DNA from: a virus
Lineage: Duplodnaviria > Heunggongvirae > Uroviricota > Caudoviricetes
Virus record (IMG/VR): IMGVR_UViG_2529293142_000030
Span: 1 to 7,593 of that record
Reading direction: 5' to 3' (one strand)
Length of the DNA stretch: 7,593 nucleotides
Shown here: positions 1 to 6,367 of the stretch, in pieces
How the letters are laid out: each line of letters begins with the position of its first letter
Position numbering within the stretch: position 1 is the first letter of the stretch
Made by a program: the position numbers and the translations under genes
Notes under the pieces: model-generated
What the model saw: only the letters and a program-made list of their open reading frames with translations
What the model was told of the DNA's origin: nothing
Databases searched by the model: none

Positions 1-315
1 CTAGAAAATCTGCATAAGGGGGAGAAATCCCCCACCTGTAATAACATAACTACTAAAATTAACACCTTGTTCGCACAACTCCTCCACCAGCACGACAAGA
101 TGCCGCACACTGCGCCCCAGCCGATCCAGCTTCCAGACAACCAGAGTGTCACCTGCCGATAATGTCCTGAGCAGTTTTTTCAGTCCCGGCCTTTCGGACT
201 TTGTACCGCTTATCTTGTCTTCAAAAAACAGCTCGCATCCTGCACAGTTCAGCGCATTACGTTGTAGATCTGTGTTCTGGTCATTTGTTGACACACGTAC
301 ATAGCCAATAAGCAT
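1..315 (-). pseudogene. Serine DNA invertase (Hin/Gin/Pin/Cin family), 3'-truncated: only ~92 family-like N-terminal residues, then 17 unrelated codons and a stop
   Basis: Minus-strand ORF. From ATG at 315-313 it reads MLIGYVRVSTNDQNTDLQRNAL...GDTLVVWKLDRLGRS...EELCEQGVNF, matching the N-terminal catalytic domain of Gin/Pin/Hin invertases (catalytic Ser in VRVSTNDQ). After ...VNF (plus coord ~55-58) the expected continuation (RSLTDSIDTSS..GRFFFHV.. and the C-terminal HTH domain) is absent in all three frames; the ORF ends at TAG 3-1. RBS GGGAG lies ~8 nt upstream of ATG 315. The extra N-terminal residues in the ORF track ([12 protein letters not shown], 351-316) are an upstream extension, not gene. 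Confidence 0.75.
18..33 (-). terminator. Possible stem-loop at the 3' end of the truncated invertase ORF (6-bp GC stem, 4-nt loop)
   Basis: Plus strand 18-33 = GGGGGA GAAA TCCCCC, a perfect 6-bp inverted repeat. On the minus strand the hairpin is followed by TTATGCAGATTTTCT, only moderately U-rich. Weak support as a rho-independent terminator. Confidence 0.25.
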
Positions 316-369
316 GGTAGATCTCCCTGACAAAAGCAGGAATGATGCCATTTGCTCGTTATTTCTGCA

Positions 370-395
370 TTTTCATAAACGTTGGTTTGGGAGAA
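370..395. other. 26-bp invertase crossover site (hix/gix/pix-like), invertase-proximal boundary of the invertible segment
   Basis: TTTTCATAAACG-TT-GGTTTGGGAGAA: two 12-bp half-sites resembling the Hin/Gin half-site (TTATCaAAAACC-like) around a central dinucleotide at 382-383. The inner half plus core (382-395) is the exact reverse complement of 2240-2253. Confidence 0.7.
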
Positions 396-755
396 GCGGC
401 AAAACGGGGGGTGGGAACAGGGGAAAATCAGATACCGGACATGGCTTCATTTAGTGGGGTGAGGGATTATTACGGAAAACAACTTTTGCCAGGAGGGTTG
501 ATACTTCAGTGGCTGACGATTCCATCAAGTGCAGCAGCCAAAGCTGTAACACTGAATAATGGTAATTATCAGCTGTCAGGGTATAAATGGCCCCAGTCAT
601 TTGGTGTCCTGTTTGCTGTGTTTGCTACAAAAGTTTCTGGCTCGACTAACGAAGCATATGCAATCTCAGTTAATCGTCACTCTACCGATGTAATTGTCAC
701 CTGGAATGCCCGTAAGGCTGATGATGTCCACATTTTAGGAATTGGGAAATTATGA
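384..755 (+). CDS. Silent alternative tail-fibre C-terminal (receptor-binding) cassette; promoterless and start-less, expressed only after inversion as a fusion to the constant fibre N-terminus
   Basis: Open frame from the crossover core to TGA 753-755 (123 codons: [20 protein letters not shown]...HILGIGKL). It is in the same codon phase relative to the crossover dinucleotide as the expressed fibre gene. Its stop overlaps the downstream tfa start (ATGA at 752-755). The ORF-track N-terminus 342-383 lies outside the segment and is not considered real. Confidence 0.6.
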   Translation, partial: GLGEAAKRGVGTGENQIPDMASFSGVRDYYGKQLLPGGLILQWLTIPSSAAAKAVTLNNGNYQLSGYKWPQSFGVLFAVFATKVSGSTNEAYAISVNRHSTDVIVTWNARKADDVHILGIGKL

Positions 756-1171
756 AAATGAAATGGTCCCCATCTGTTCAGGGATTTTTCTCTGAAAATA
801 ACAGCGATATTCCCGATGATGCTTTCGATATTGAAGATGCTCTTTATTATGAACTTATGAATGGTCAGAGTACGGGGAAAATTATTATCAATAACCCGGA
901 TAACTACCCTGTACTTACTGAATATCCAGCGAAGACACAGGAACAGGAAATAGCTGAAGCGGAGGGAATGAAAAGTATACTTATTGAACAGGCCAACGAA
1001 TACATGAACAGTAAGCAATGGCCTGGTAAAGCCGCTATTGGTCGTCTGAAAGGTGAGGAACTGGCGCAATATAATTTGTGGCTGGATTACCTGGACGCAC
1101 TGGAACTGGTGGATACCTCCAGTGCCCCAGATATTGAATGGCCTACGCCTCCGGCAGTTCAGGCCAGATGA
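752..1171 (+). CDS. Tail-fibre assembly protein (Tfa/gpU-type chaperone) paired with the silent fibre cassette
   Basis: 139 aa with the conserved Tfa C-terminal signature ...[28 protein letters not shown] 752 overlaps the stop of the upstream cassette. Convergent with, and overlapping by 29 bp, the other tfa gene. Confidence 0.8.
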   Translation: MKMKWSPSVQGFFSENNSDIPDDAFDIEDALYYELMNGQSTGKIIINNPDNYPVLTEYPAKTQEQEIAEAEGMKSILIEQANEYMNSKQWPGKAAIGRLKGEELAQYNLWLDYLDALELVDTSSAPDIEWPTPPAVQAR

Positions 1172-1745
1172 CATCAGGCGCGGTGCTGGTATCTGTTGCC
1201 GCCACCGCGTCAATGTAATCCAGCACAGCGTTAAGCCGGTTTTTTTCTGCCTGCATCAGCTTCCGTCCGGCCTGTAATTTCAGCTGAATCAGACTAATGG
1301 AAGCCATTGCAGCATCAATCAGTGACTGGCGCTGTGCTTCTGCCGCTTCTACAGCGGCGCTATGCTGTGCCTCGGTATCCGTGACCCATTTCTCACCATC
1401 CCATTTATCGTATGGCGTTAACGGGACGATAGTGGTTGTATTTTCAGGGTAATCACCCGGAGCTGTGATTTCTTTTGATTCTCCCGTTTCGGTGTTATAG
1501 ACAACTTCTCCGCGATGGTCTGGCACATATTCCCATGAGTTTAAATCTGCCGAACGGCAGATTGCATAACCAGCCTTATGTGTGCCAGGAGCATCTAAAC
1601 AGGAATATGCAGGGATACCGACACCCACAGCAAGATATTCAGTTGATGTGGAAATATATTCCCGTGTTTCACCATCATAATTATAAACGGTAATATCTCC
1701 CGCCTTTGTGGTGATGAGTTCCTTATTTAATATAGCTTTATCCAT
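1143..1745 (-). CDS. Tail-fibre assembly protein (Tfa/gpU-type chaperone) for the currently expressed fibre
   Basis: 200 aa ending ...[27 protein letters not shown] (conserved Tfa C-terminus). The start overlaps the fibre stop as TGATG (1747-1743), indicating translational coupling. Confidence 0.85.
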   Translation of the reverse strand: MDKAILNKELITTKAGDITVYNYDGETREYISTSTEYLAVGVGIPAYSCLDAPGTHKAGYAICRSADLNSWEYVPDHRGEVVYNTETGESKEITAPGDYPENTTTIVPLTPYDKWDGEKWVTDTEAQHSAAVEAAEAQRQSLIDAAMASISLIQLKLQAGRKLMQAEKNRLNAVLDYIDAVAATDTSTAPDVIWPELPEA

Positions 1746-2608
1746 CAGGCAGCCCTTACGATATAATTAAAAGCGATGTTACGAGGACGAGTTTCTGTAC
1801 CTACATTTCCACTAATTTCGCCAAAACGTTTTACACTACGAGTACTAATAGCTCGTAGTGAGGAAGGTACCTTAATACCGGGTTCGTCTGTTTTAACTAT
1901 TCCCCCGTCACCGTATGTAGCCAGTATTCCTGGGTTTACGCCTTCCCGTGCACTTCCTGCGGCGAGTCCGCCCCCTGTCCATAATTCCATATAGTGTGCA
2001 TGGTCCAAAATTGTGTGTGGCTGCCAATTAAGCAAAGCGCGACCAGTATCAATCCCGCGACCGTCATCCCAGCCACGAATAAATTCACCGCGTAAATCAG
2101 GCAATTTATTGGTCGGGTAAGCCTTTGCCAGTTCCGGGTATTCTTCAGCAGAAAAAGCCGCACCATTGCATTTCAGCCAGCCTGTTGGCGGTGTGGCTGA
2201 AGGCCACGGAACAGGTACACCAACGGGTAACGCTGAGCCTTCTCCCAAACCAAGGTTTTCGAGAGCCGTTTTCACCGTGCCATCCGATTTGATATCGCCA
2301 AACGGATTCTTGCGGCTCAGGTATTCAACAGCAAACCCCGATCCCAGCAATTCAACAAAACCGGGCAGATCACCATTATCAAGCACATCCCGTTGCGTTT
2401 TATCACTTACAAACTGGGCCAGAGCTGCAGCAATAAAGCTGGCCTGCCGAATAACCTTATTGACTTGCGCACTGGAGGCTTTCCCTGCTGTAAATCCAGA
2501 TAAAAGCGCGGGCAACGCTTCCCATTCCTCCTGCGATATAACATTGGCATTTCGATCCGTTGCAAACGCTTTAAAGTCATTTTTCGCCATCAGAGTAATA
2601 CTCCCCAT
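1745..2608 (-). CDS. Tail fibre protein; constant N-terminal part (outside segment) fused to a variable C-terminal collar-type receptor-binding domain (inside segment)
   Basis: 287-aa ORF. The C-terminal part carries the phage tail-collar/fibre motif set (GWLKCNG...[22 protein letters not shown]...[15 protein letters not shown]). The crossover site sits at codons ~114-122 ([10 protein letters not shown]). Alternative start ATG 2590 (MAKNDF...) overlaps the upstream gene stop as TGATG and has GGGGAG ~10 nt upstream, so the true start may be 2590 rather than 2608. Confidence 0.8.
   Translation of the reverse strand: MGSITLMAKNDFKAFATDRNANVISQEEWEALPALLSGFTAGKASSAQVNKVIRQASFIAAALAQFVSDKTQRDVLDNGDLPGFVELLGSGFAVEYLSRKNPFGDIKSDGTVKTALENLGLGEGSALPVGVPVPWPSATPPTGWLKCNGAAFSAEEYPELAKAYPTNKLPDLRGEFIRGWDDGRGIDTGRALLNWQPHTILDHAHYMELWTGGGLAAGSAREGVNPGILATYGDGGIVKTDEPGIKVPSSLRAISTRSVKRFGEISGNVGTETRPRNIAFNYIVRAA
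2240..2265. other. 26-bp invertase crossover site (hix/gix/pix-like), distal boundary of the invertible segment, inside the tail-fibre gene
   Basis: TTCTCCCAAACC-AA-GGTTTTCGAGAG. The outer half-site reverse complement is CTCTCGAAAACC (hix-like TTCTTGAAAACC). The inner 14 bp are the perfect inverted copy of 382-395. Confidence 0.7.
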
Positions 2609-3270
2609 GCTCCTACATCAAAACCACTGATGAATTCGTTATCCATATCAAAACCAAAAAATTTTGAGCCTTCCGATGGGGTTTCCACCGAAGGTGTTTC
2701 AATGCCACCCGCCCATACCCCGGCGGCTTTTACTGTGAGATACCCCTGTTTAATTGCCGCAATTAACTCACGCGATACATCTGAAATATCAGTATCAGGA
2801 AAGACCCAGACCGATATCGTCATGTCCTGGTTATCGACTATCTGCATTCGCAGCCCGGATCCTGCTGTTGCCGCGTCAAGAATTGCCGGAAGCGAATCAT
2901 TCCGTCCGTCCCAGTTATTAATCGCAATCTTCGCTTTAAGAATGACACGATAAGTTTCATCGCTGAGATACATGTATCCTGAATCAGGATCGTATGGTCC
3001 CTGCCATACCCCCTGATCATATCCAAGCCCGTCGGTATCCCAGCTGAAATAGACACCTGAGATAGGCTGGCTGACAACACGGCTACGTCCGATCCACAAT
3101 CCAAGGATGTCAAGTTGCACACCAACCGCAGAGTCAATATCAAATGCACTAATCAGCCCTCTGGTGGCAGCCGCAACATCAATAAGTGGCCGGGTCATCA
3201 GATCAACATGCGCAAGAAATTTAGGTTTGGTGGCGTGGTAGTTCGTGATTAGTTCGGTGTATTTGCTCAT
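2590..3270 (-). CDS. Phage tail/baseplate protein, P2 gpI / Mu gp48-like (YmfQ/DUF2313-like)
   Basis: 226-aa ORF in the synteny position between the baseplate J-like gene and the tail fibre. Start ATG 3270 overlaps the J stop (ATGA). Assignment is by position and general resemblance to e14 YmfQ-type proteins, not by a clear motif. Confidence 0.6.
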   Translation of the reverse strand: MSKYTELITNYHATKPKFLAHVDLMTRPLIDVAAATRGLISAFDIDSAVGVQLDILGLWIGRSRVVSQPISGVYFSWDTDGLGYDQGVWQGPYDPDSGYMYLSDETYRVILKAKIAINNWDGRNDSLPAILDAATAGSGLRMQIVDNQDMTISVWVFPDTDISDVSRELIAAIKQGYLTVKAAGVWAGGIETPSVETPSEGSKFFGFDMDNEFISGFDVGAWGVLL

Positions 3271-4466
3271 GACTCCACCGTTATAACGATATTTTCCGGG
3301 GTACAGGACGCAGATTCGTTGTATCTGATATCAATGTTTGATGACGACAAAGCCCCCGGGGATTTCCCAATCGTCAGTTCCTGAATATCGTAATAGCGTG
3401 CATTCCCGCCACTCACCACGCCAAGATTCGCCGGTGAGTAAATGCGACTTAAAAGGACCGAATCACCAATCATCAGACTATTGATATAGTCGGAAATAGC
3501 CTGCTGGATCTGCTGCCCTATCTGTGAGGTATAACCCGTAAAAACTTTTAATTTGATCCGGGCATAAACAGGTACATCACTGGAACGCGAGAACTTGATT
3601 ACATGGGGATTGCCGTATTTATCCGGAACCGTAACGGATGTTGTACCGTGAGTGGCTGTCCCCTGACCTTTATTCCCTCTGATAGCCTGAGCAATATCCG
3701 TCACATCACCGCCATCCACAATTACAGCAACAGAGTGTGGCGGTAACCCGTTACCGTCCTCCGAACCAGTATCGTTTTCATAGAGTTTGTGGCGGGTTAC
3801 ACCTGTAACATTAGAAACAGCACCATCCAGTGCTTCAAATGGGGTTATTGATGGCAACGCAACACTTTGCGACTGGCGGATACGTAACTCAGCGTCAGTT
3901 TCTGCCGGAGTGCCCACAGTGGCTGCAGCAGGATTGGTTACCGAAACCCAGCCACGGGTTGGCGTATTAATTTCAGTGATAGTTCCAGCCAGCGCCGCCA
4001 CTGCACCACTGACGGAACATGTTGCGGTCACCATCACTGTACCATCCACGCCTACCACCACTGAAGCAGGCAAACGCCATATCACATTATTACTGTCTTT
4101 CACGCTGCCATTAATGATGGTTGTTCCGGCAGTTCCTGTAAGAAGCAAATCAACCGTAGAATTCGTCGCGCCTTTACGTGAAATACCATTTATTTTCACG
4201 TTACTGGTCAGTGCGGCTCCATAGCCGGTTGCTGGTGAAAAACAGTTATAGACAGTTATCGCCATATTATTGGCATCATGAATCGCCAGCGCCATCAGAG
4301 CCACCATCTGGCCGTCTTTACTGTCTGGTTCGAGGTAGGCATCACTGCCATAAATCTGCTGAAAATAGCTAATCAGGGTGCTGAGTATCGTCTGATAATC
4401 AGGCGCACTGATCCCCTCCGCGGTTACCTTTGCAGATAAACCGAGAGAATCAAGGTTCAGAGCCAT
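3267..4466 (-). CDS. Baseplate J-like protein (P2 gpJ / Mu gp47 family)
   Basis: 399-aa ORF of typical size and composition for baseplate J-family proteins. Start overlaps the upstream gene stop (TAATG at 4468-4464), stop overlaps the downstream start. Sits in the conserved V-W-J-I-fibre order. Confidence 0.75.
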   Translation of the reverse strand: MALNLDSLGLSAKVTAEGISAPDYQTILSTLISYFQQIYGSDAYLEPDSKDGQMVALMALAIHDANNMAITVYNCFSPATGYGAALTSNVKINGISRKGATNSTVDLLLTGTAGTTIINGSVKDSNNVIWRLPASVVVGVDGTVMVTATCSVSGAVAALAGTITEINTPTRGWVSVTNPAAATVGTPAETDAELRIRQSQSVALPSITPFEALDGAVSNVTGVTRHKLYENDTGSEDGNGLPPHSVAVIVDGGDVTDIAQAIRGNKGQGTATHGTTSVTVPDKYGNPHVIKFSRSSDVPVYARIKLKVFTGYTSQIGQQIQQAISDYINSLMIGDSVLLSRIYSPANLGVVSGGNARYYDIQELTIGKSPGALSSSNIDIRYNESASCTPENIVITVES

Positions 4467-4819
4467 TACGCCTCCGATGTAACAGTCGTTATTCCATAGA
4501 GAGTGTCGATTTCAGTGGAAAACCTGACACGTCGGGTCGTGGTATCCACCGTAGTATTGAAAGAGAGGATTGATTTAACGCCCCGCGTTTCGAGGATGCG
4601 CTTACGGATCGCCAAGTTGTAGGTTTCCGGCTTCTGCTTACCGAGTACGGACTGGATCCACGGAGTCCCCTCGGTGGTGTCGAGAAACCATTGCCCATAC
4701 CACAATTCGAATCGCGTTTTTACCGCCTGCGCCACGGCCTCCGGTGAGTTAATCAGCCAGGTGTCATCACCGCTGCCAAAGGTGTAATCGCCATCGGCGT
4801 CTTCACGTCTGTATCGCAT
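4466..4819 (-). CDS. Small baseplate protein, gpW / Mu gp46-like (gp25-type wedge protein), assigned by position
   Basis: 117-aa ORF, coupled on both sides (TGATG at 4821-4817; TAATG at 4468-4464). Size and location between the V-like and J-like genes match gpW/gp46. No strong motif recognised. Confidence 0.55.
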   Translation of the reverse strand: MRYRREDADGDYTFGSGDDTWLINSPEAVAQAVKTRFELWYGQWFLDTTEGTPWIQSVLGKQKPETYNLAIRKRILETRGVKSILSFNTTVDTTTRRVRFSTEIDTLYGITTVTSEA

Positions 4820-5481
4820 CAGTTTACTCCGTCGGTATTGCTTCCACCGCGCTGAACACCACCATGAGTGTGCGTATCATCGATTGGCTTGCCGTTAGCC
4901 TTCACGCTACCCAAAAACTCAACAGCACCAGTGATTTTTGAAGCCACACCAGAAACCACAGACCCCACCATGCCACCCATCCAGGTTAACAGGCCATGTA
5001 TGGTTACTTTCTCAGAAAAATCAGCCAGAGGGGCAACCACATCAAGACCACCCGGAGCGACAATTTTAATTTTCCTGGTATCAGGATTAAGCTCAAAATA
5101 GGTGCTGCCGTCGTCACTACGCAACTGTGTGGCACTGGTATTAATACCGCTAATCTTCCTCGCCTGCGACTGGGGACCGACAATACAAAACGCATCCGAT
5201 AAATCATGCATTCTGTCATCAACAGGCTCCTGTATCCCGCCGTTCTGCCACCAGAAATCAATACAACGATCGGCAAAAACGACAAGACACTCATCCCCGG
5301 CTTTTACCGGAAAAGTCAACGTACAGCCTCCGCCGCGCGGGAATACCACTGGCACATCCACCAGCAATGGGTAATTTTTGGTAATGCGGTTACCGTAGTT
5401 ATCCTTTTCAACCGAACGGATAGCTGGCTGCACAACCGCCGTCACCGCGTCAGGATCGAATGACTGAATAATGCCAGGCAA
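4819..5481 (-). pseudogene. Baseplate spike/hub protein, P2 gpV / Mu gp45-like, 5'-truncated by the IS66-family insertion
   Basis: 220-codon open frame with a gpV-like C-terminus (..GKPIDDTHTHGGVQRGGSNTDGVN) and a GII-containing N-terminal region that in P2 gpV lies ~20 residues in. No ATG start: the frame opens at a TTG at 5481-5479, directly abutting the IS end, and upstream in-frame codons are IS sequence with a stop at 5517-5515. The body of the gene is otherwise uninterrupted. Confidence 0.6.
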
Positions 5482-5568
5482 GGGTAAGCGTAAACCGACC
5501 GCCGTATGTAGCCATTAGACAAGAATTGGTAACTTAGACGCCCATCTGACACAGACGGACATCTAAGT

Positions 5569-5988
5569 ATGGAATTACAGGACTGGCGAAAAGAACCTCG
5601 TAAAAAGTATTCGAATGAATTCAAACTTCGTATGGTTGAACTGGCATCACAACCCGGTGCTTGTGTGGCTCAGATTGCACGAGAAAATGGCGTCAATGAT
5701 AATGTTATTTTCAAATGGCTCAGACTCTGGCAAAACGAAGGGCGTATATCACGGCGTCTTCCGGTGACAACCACTTCTGACGCAGGCCTTGAATTATTAC
5801 CTGTAGAGATAACGCCTGATGAGCCGAAAGAACCGATGGCTGCTCTTACTCCGCCCTTATCCACTCAGACTACTGTCAGTGCCAGCTCCTGCAAGGTGGA
5901 GTTCCGTCACGGTAACATGACGCTGGAAAATCCTTCACCAGAGCTGCTCACTGTATTGATTCGTGAACTGACCGGGAGGGGAAGATGA
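5569..5988 (+). CDS. tnpA: IS66-family accessory protein TnpA (orfA, HTH-containing)
   Basis: 139 aa with the typical IS66 orfA segment ...FKLRMVELASQPGACVAQIARENGVNDNVIFKWLR... Stop overlaps the orfB start (ATGA at 5985-5988). Confidence 0.85.
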   Translation: MELQDWRKEPRKKYSNEFKLRMVELASQPGACVAQIARENGVNDNVIFKWLRLWQNEGRISRRLPVTTTSDAGLELLPVEITPDEPKEPMAALTPPLSTQTTVSASSCKVEFRHGNMTLENPSPELLTVLIRELTGRGR

Positions 5989-6317
5989 TCTCACTCCCAT
6001 CCGGTACCCGTATCTGGCTCGTTGCCGGGATAACCGATATGCGTAAGTCTTTCAACGGGCTGGGTGAACAGGTACAGCATGTGTTAAATGTTAATCCCTT
6101 CTCCGGTCACCTGTTTATCTTCCGTGGCCGACGGGGTGACACCGTTAAAATTCTTTGGGCTGATGCTGATGGTCTGTGCCTGTTCACCAAACGTCTGGAG
6201 GAAGGCCAGTTTATCTGGCCTGCGGTGCGTGACGGTAAGGTATCCATTACCCGCTCGCAACTGGCAATGCTCCTCGATAAGCTGGACTGGCGTCAGCCAA
6301 AAAACATCCCGCCTTAA
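5985..6317 (+). CDS. tnpB: IS66-family Orf2 protein TnpB
   Basis: 110 aa, MISLPSGTRIWLVAGITDMRKSFNGLGEQV...LFIFRGRRGDTVKILWADADGLCLFTKRLEEGQFIWP: the hallmark IS66 Orf2 pattern. Translationally coupled to orfA. Confidence 0.9.
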   Translation: MISLPSGTRIWLVAGITDMRKSFNGLGEQVQHVLNVNPFSGHLFIFRGRRGDTVKILWADADGLCLFTKRLEEGQFIWPAVRDGKVSITRSQLAMLLDKLDWRQPKNIPP

Positions 6318-6367
6318 CGCCCTGACAATGTTGTAAAAAACGCCTGGCCGCATTATAAAAACGGCCA

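Larger units (their letters stand above)
383..2252. other. Invertible tail-fibre (host-range) segment, ~1.87 kb, Mu G / P1 C / e14 P-segment type
   Basis: Bounded by inverted 26-bp crossover sites with identical 14-bp inner arms. Contains two opposed sets of fibre C-terminus plus tail-fibre assembly gene. Both crossover sites lie in frame inside fibre coding sequence (GGT TTG GGA GAA = GLGE immediately follows the core in both). Confidence 0.7.

Noticed and set aside
61-85. Short resemblance (GTGCGAACAAG on the minus strand) to the IS5 terminal repeat
   Set aside because: Only ~11 nt, and it lies inside conserved invertase coding sequence (E-L-C-E-Q-G). Judged coincidental.
342-383. N-terminal 14 codons ([14 protein letters not shown]) of track ORF 342-755 as a genuine start of an independent gene
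   Set aside because: These codons lie outside and across the crossover site in the invertase promoter region. The cassette is better explained as a promoterless fibre C-terminus expressed only by fusion after inversion.
1053-1277. 74-aa plus-strand ORF
   Set aside because: Overlaps the convergent 3' ends of the two tfa genes in another frame. Trp/Arg-rich, not credible.
1745-2608. Possibility that the variable fibre region is a diversity-generating retroelement (DGR) target
   Set aside because: No reverse transcriptase ORF and no template-repeat copy of the variable region seen in the window. Variation is explained by the invertase switch instead.
2166-2630. 154-aa plus-strand ORF
   Set aside because: Lies entirely antisense within the well-supported tail-fibre gene (1745-2608). 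Pro/Ser-rich low-complexity translation, with no RBS or recognisable motif.
3787-4224. 145-aa plus-strand ORF
   Set aside because: Antisense inside the baseplate J-like gene. Ala/Thr/Val-rich translation typical of the reverse frame of a coding sequence.
5442-5624. 60-aa minus-strand ORF
   Set aside because: Straddles the IS66 left end and the orfA start. A chimeric read-through frame with no support.
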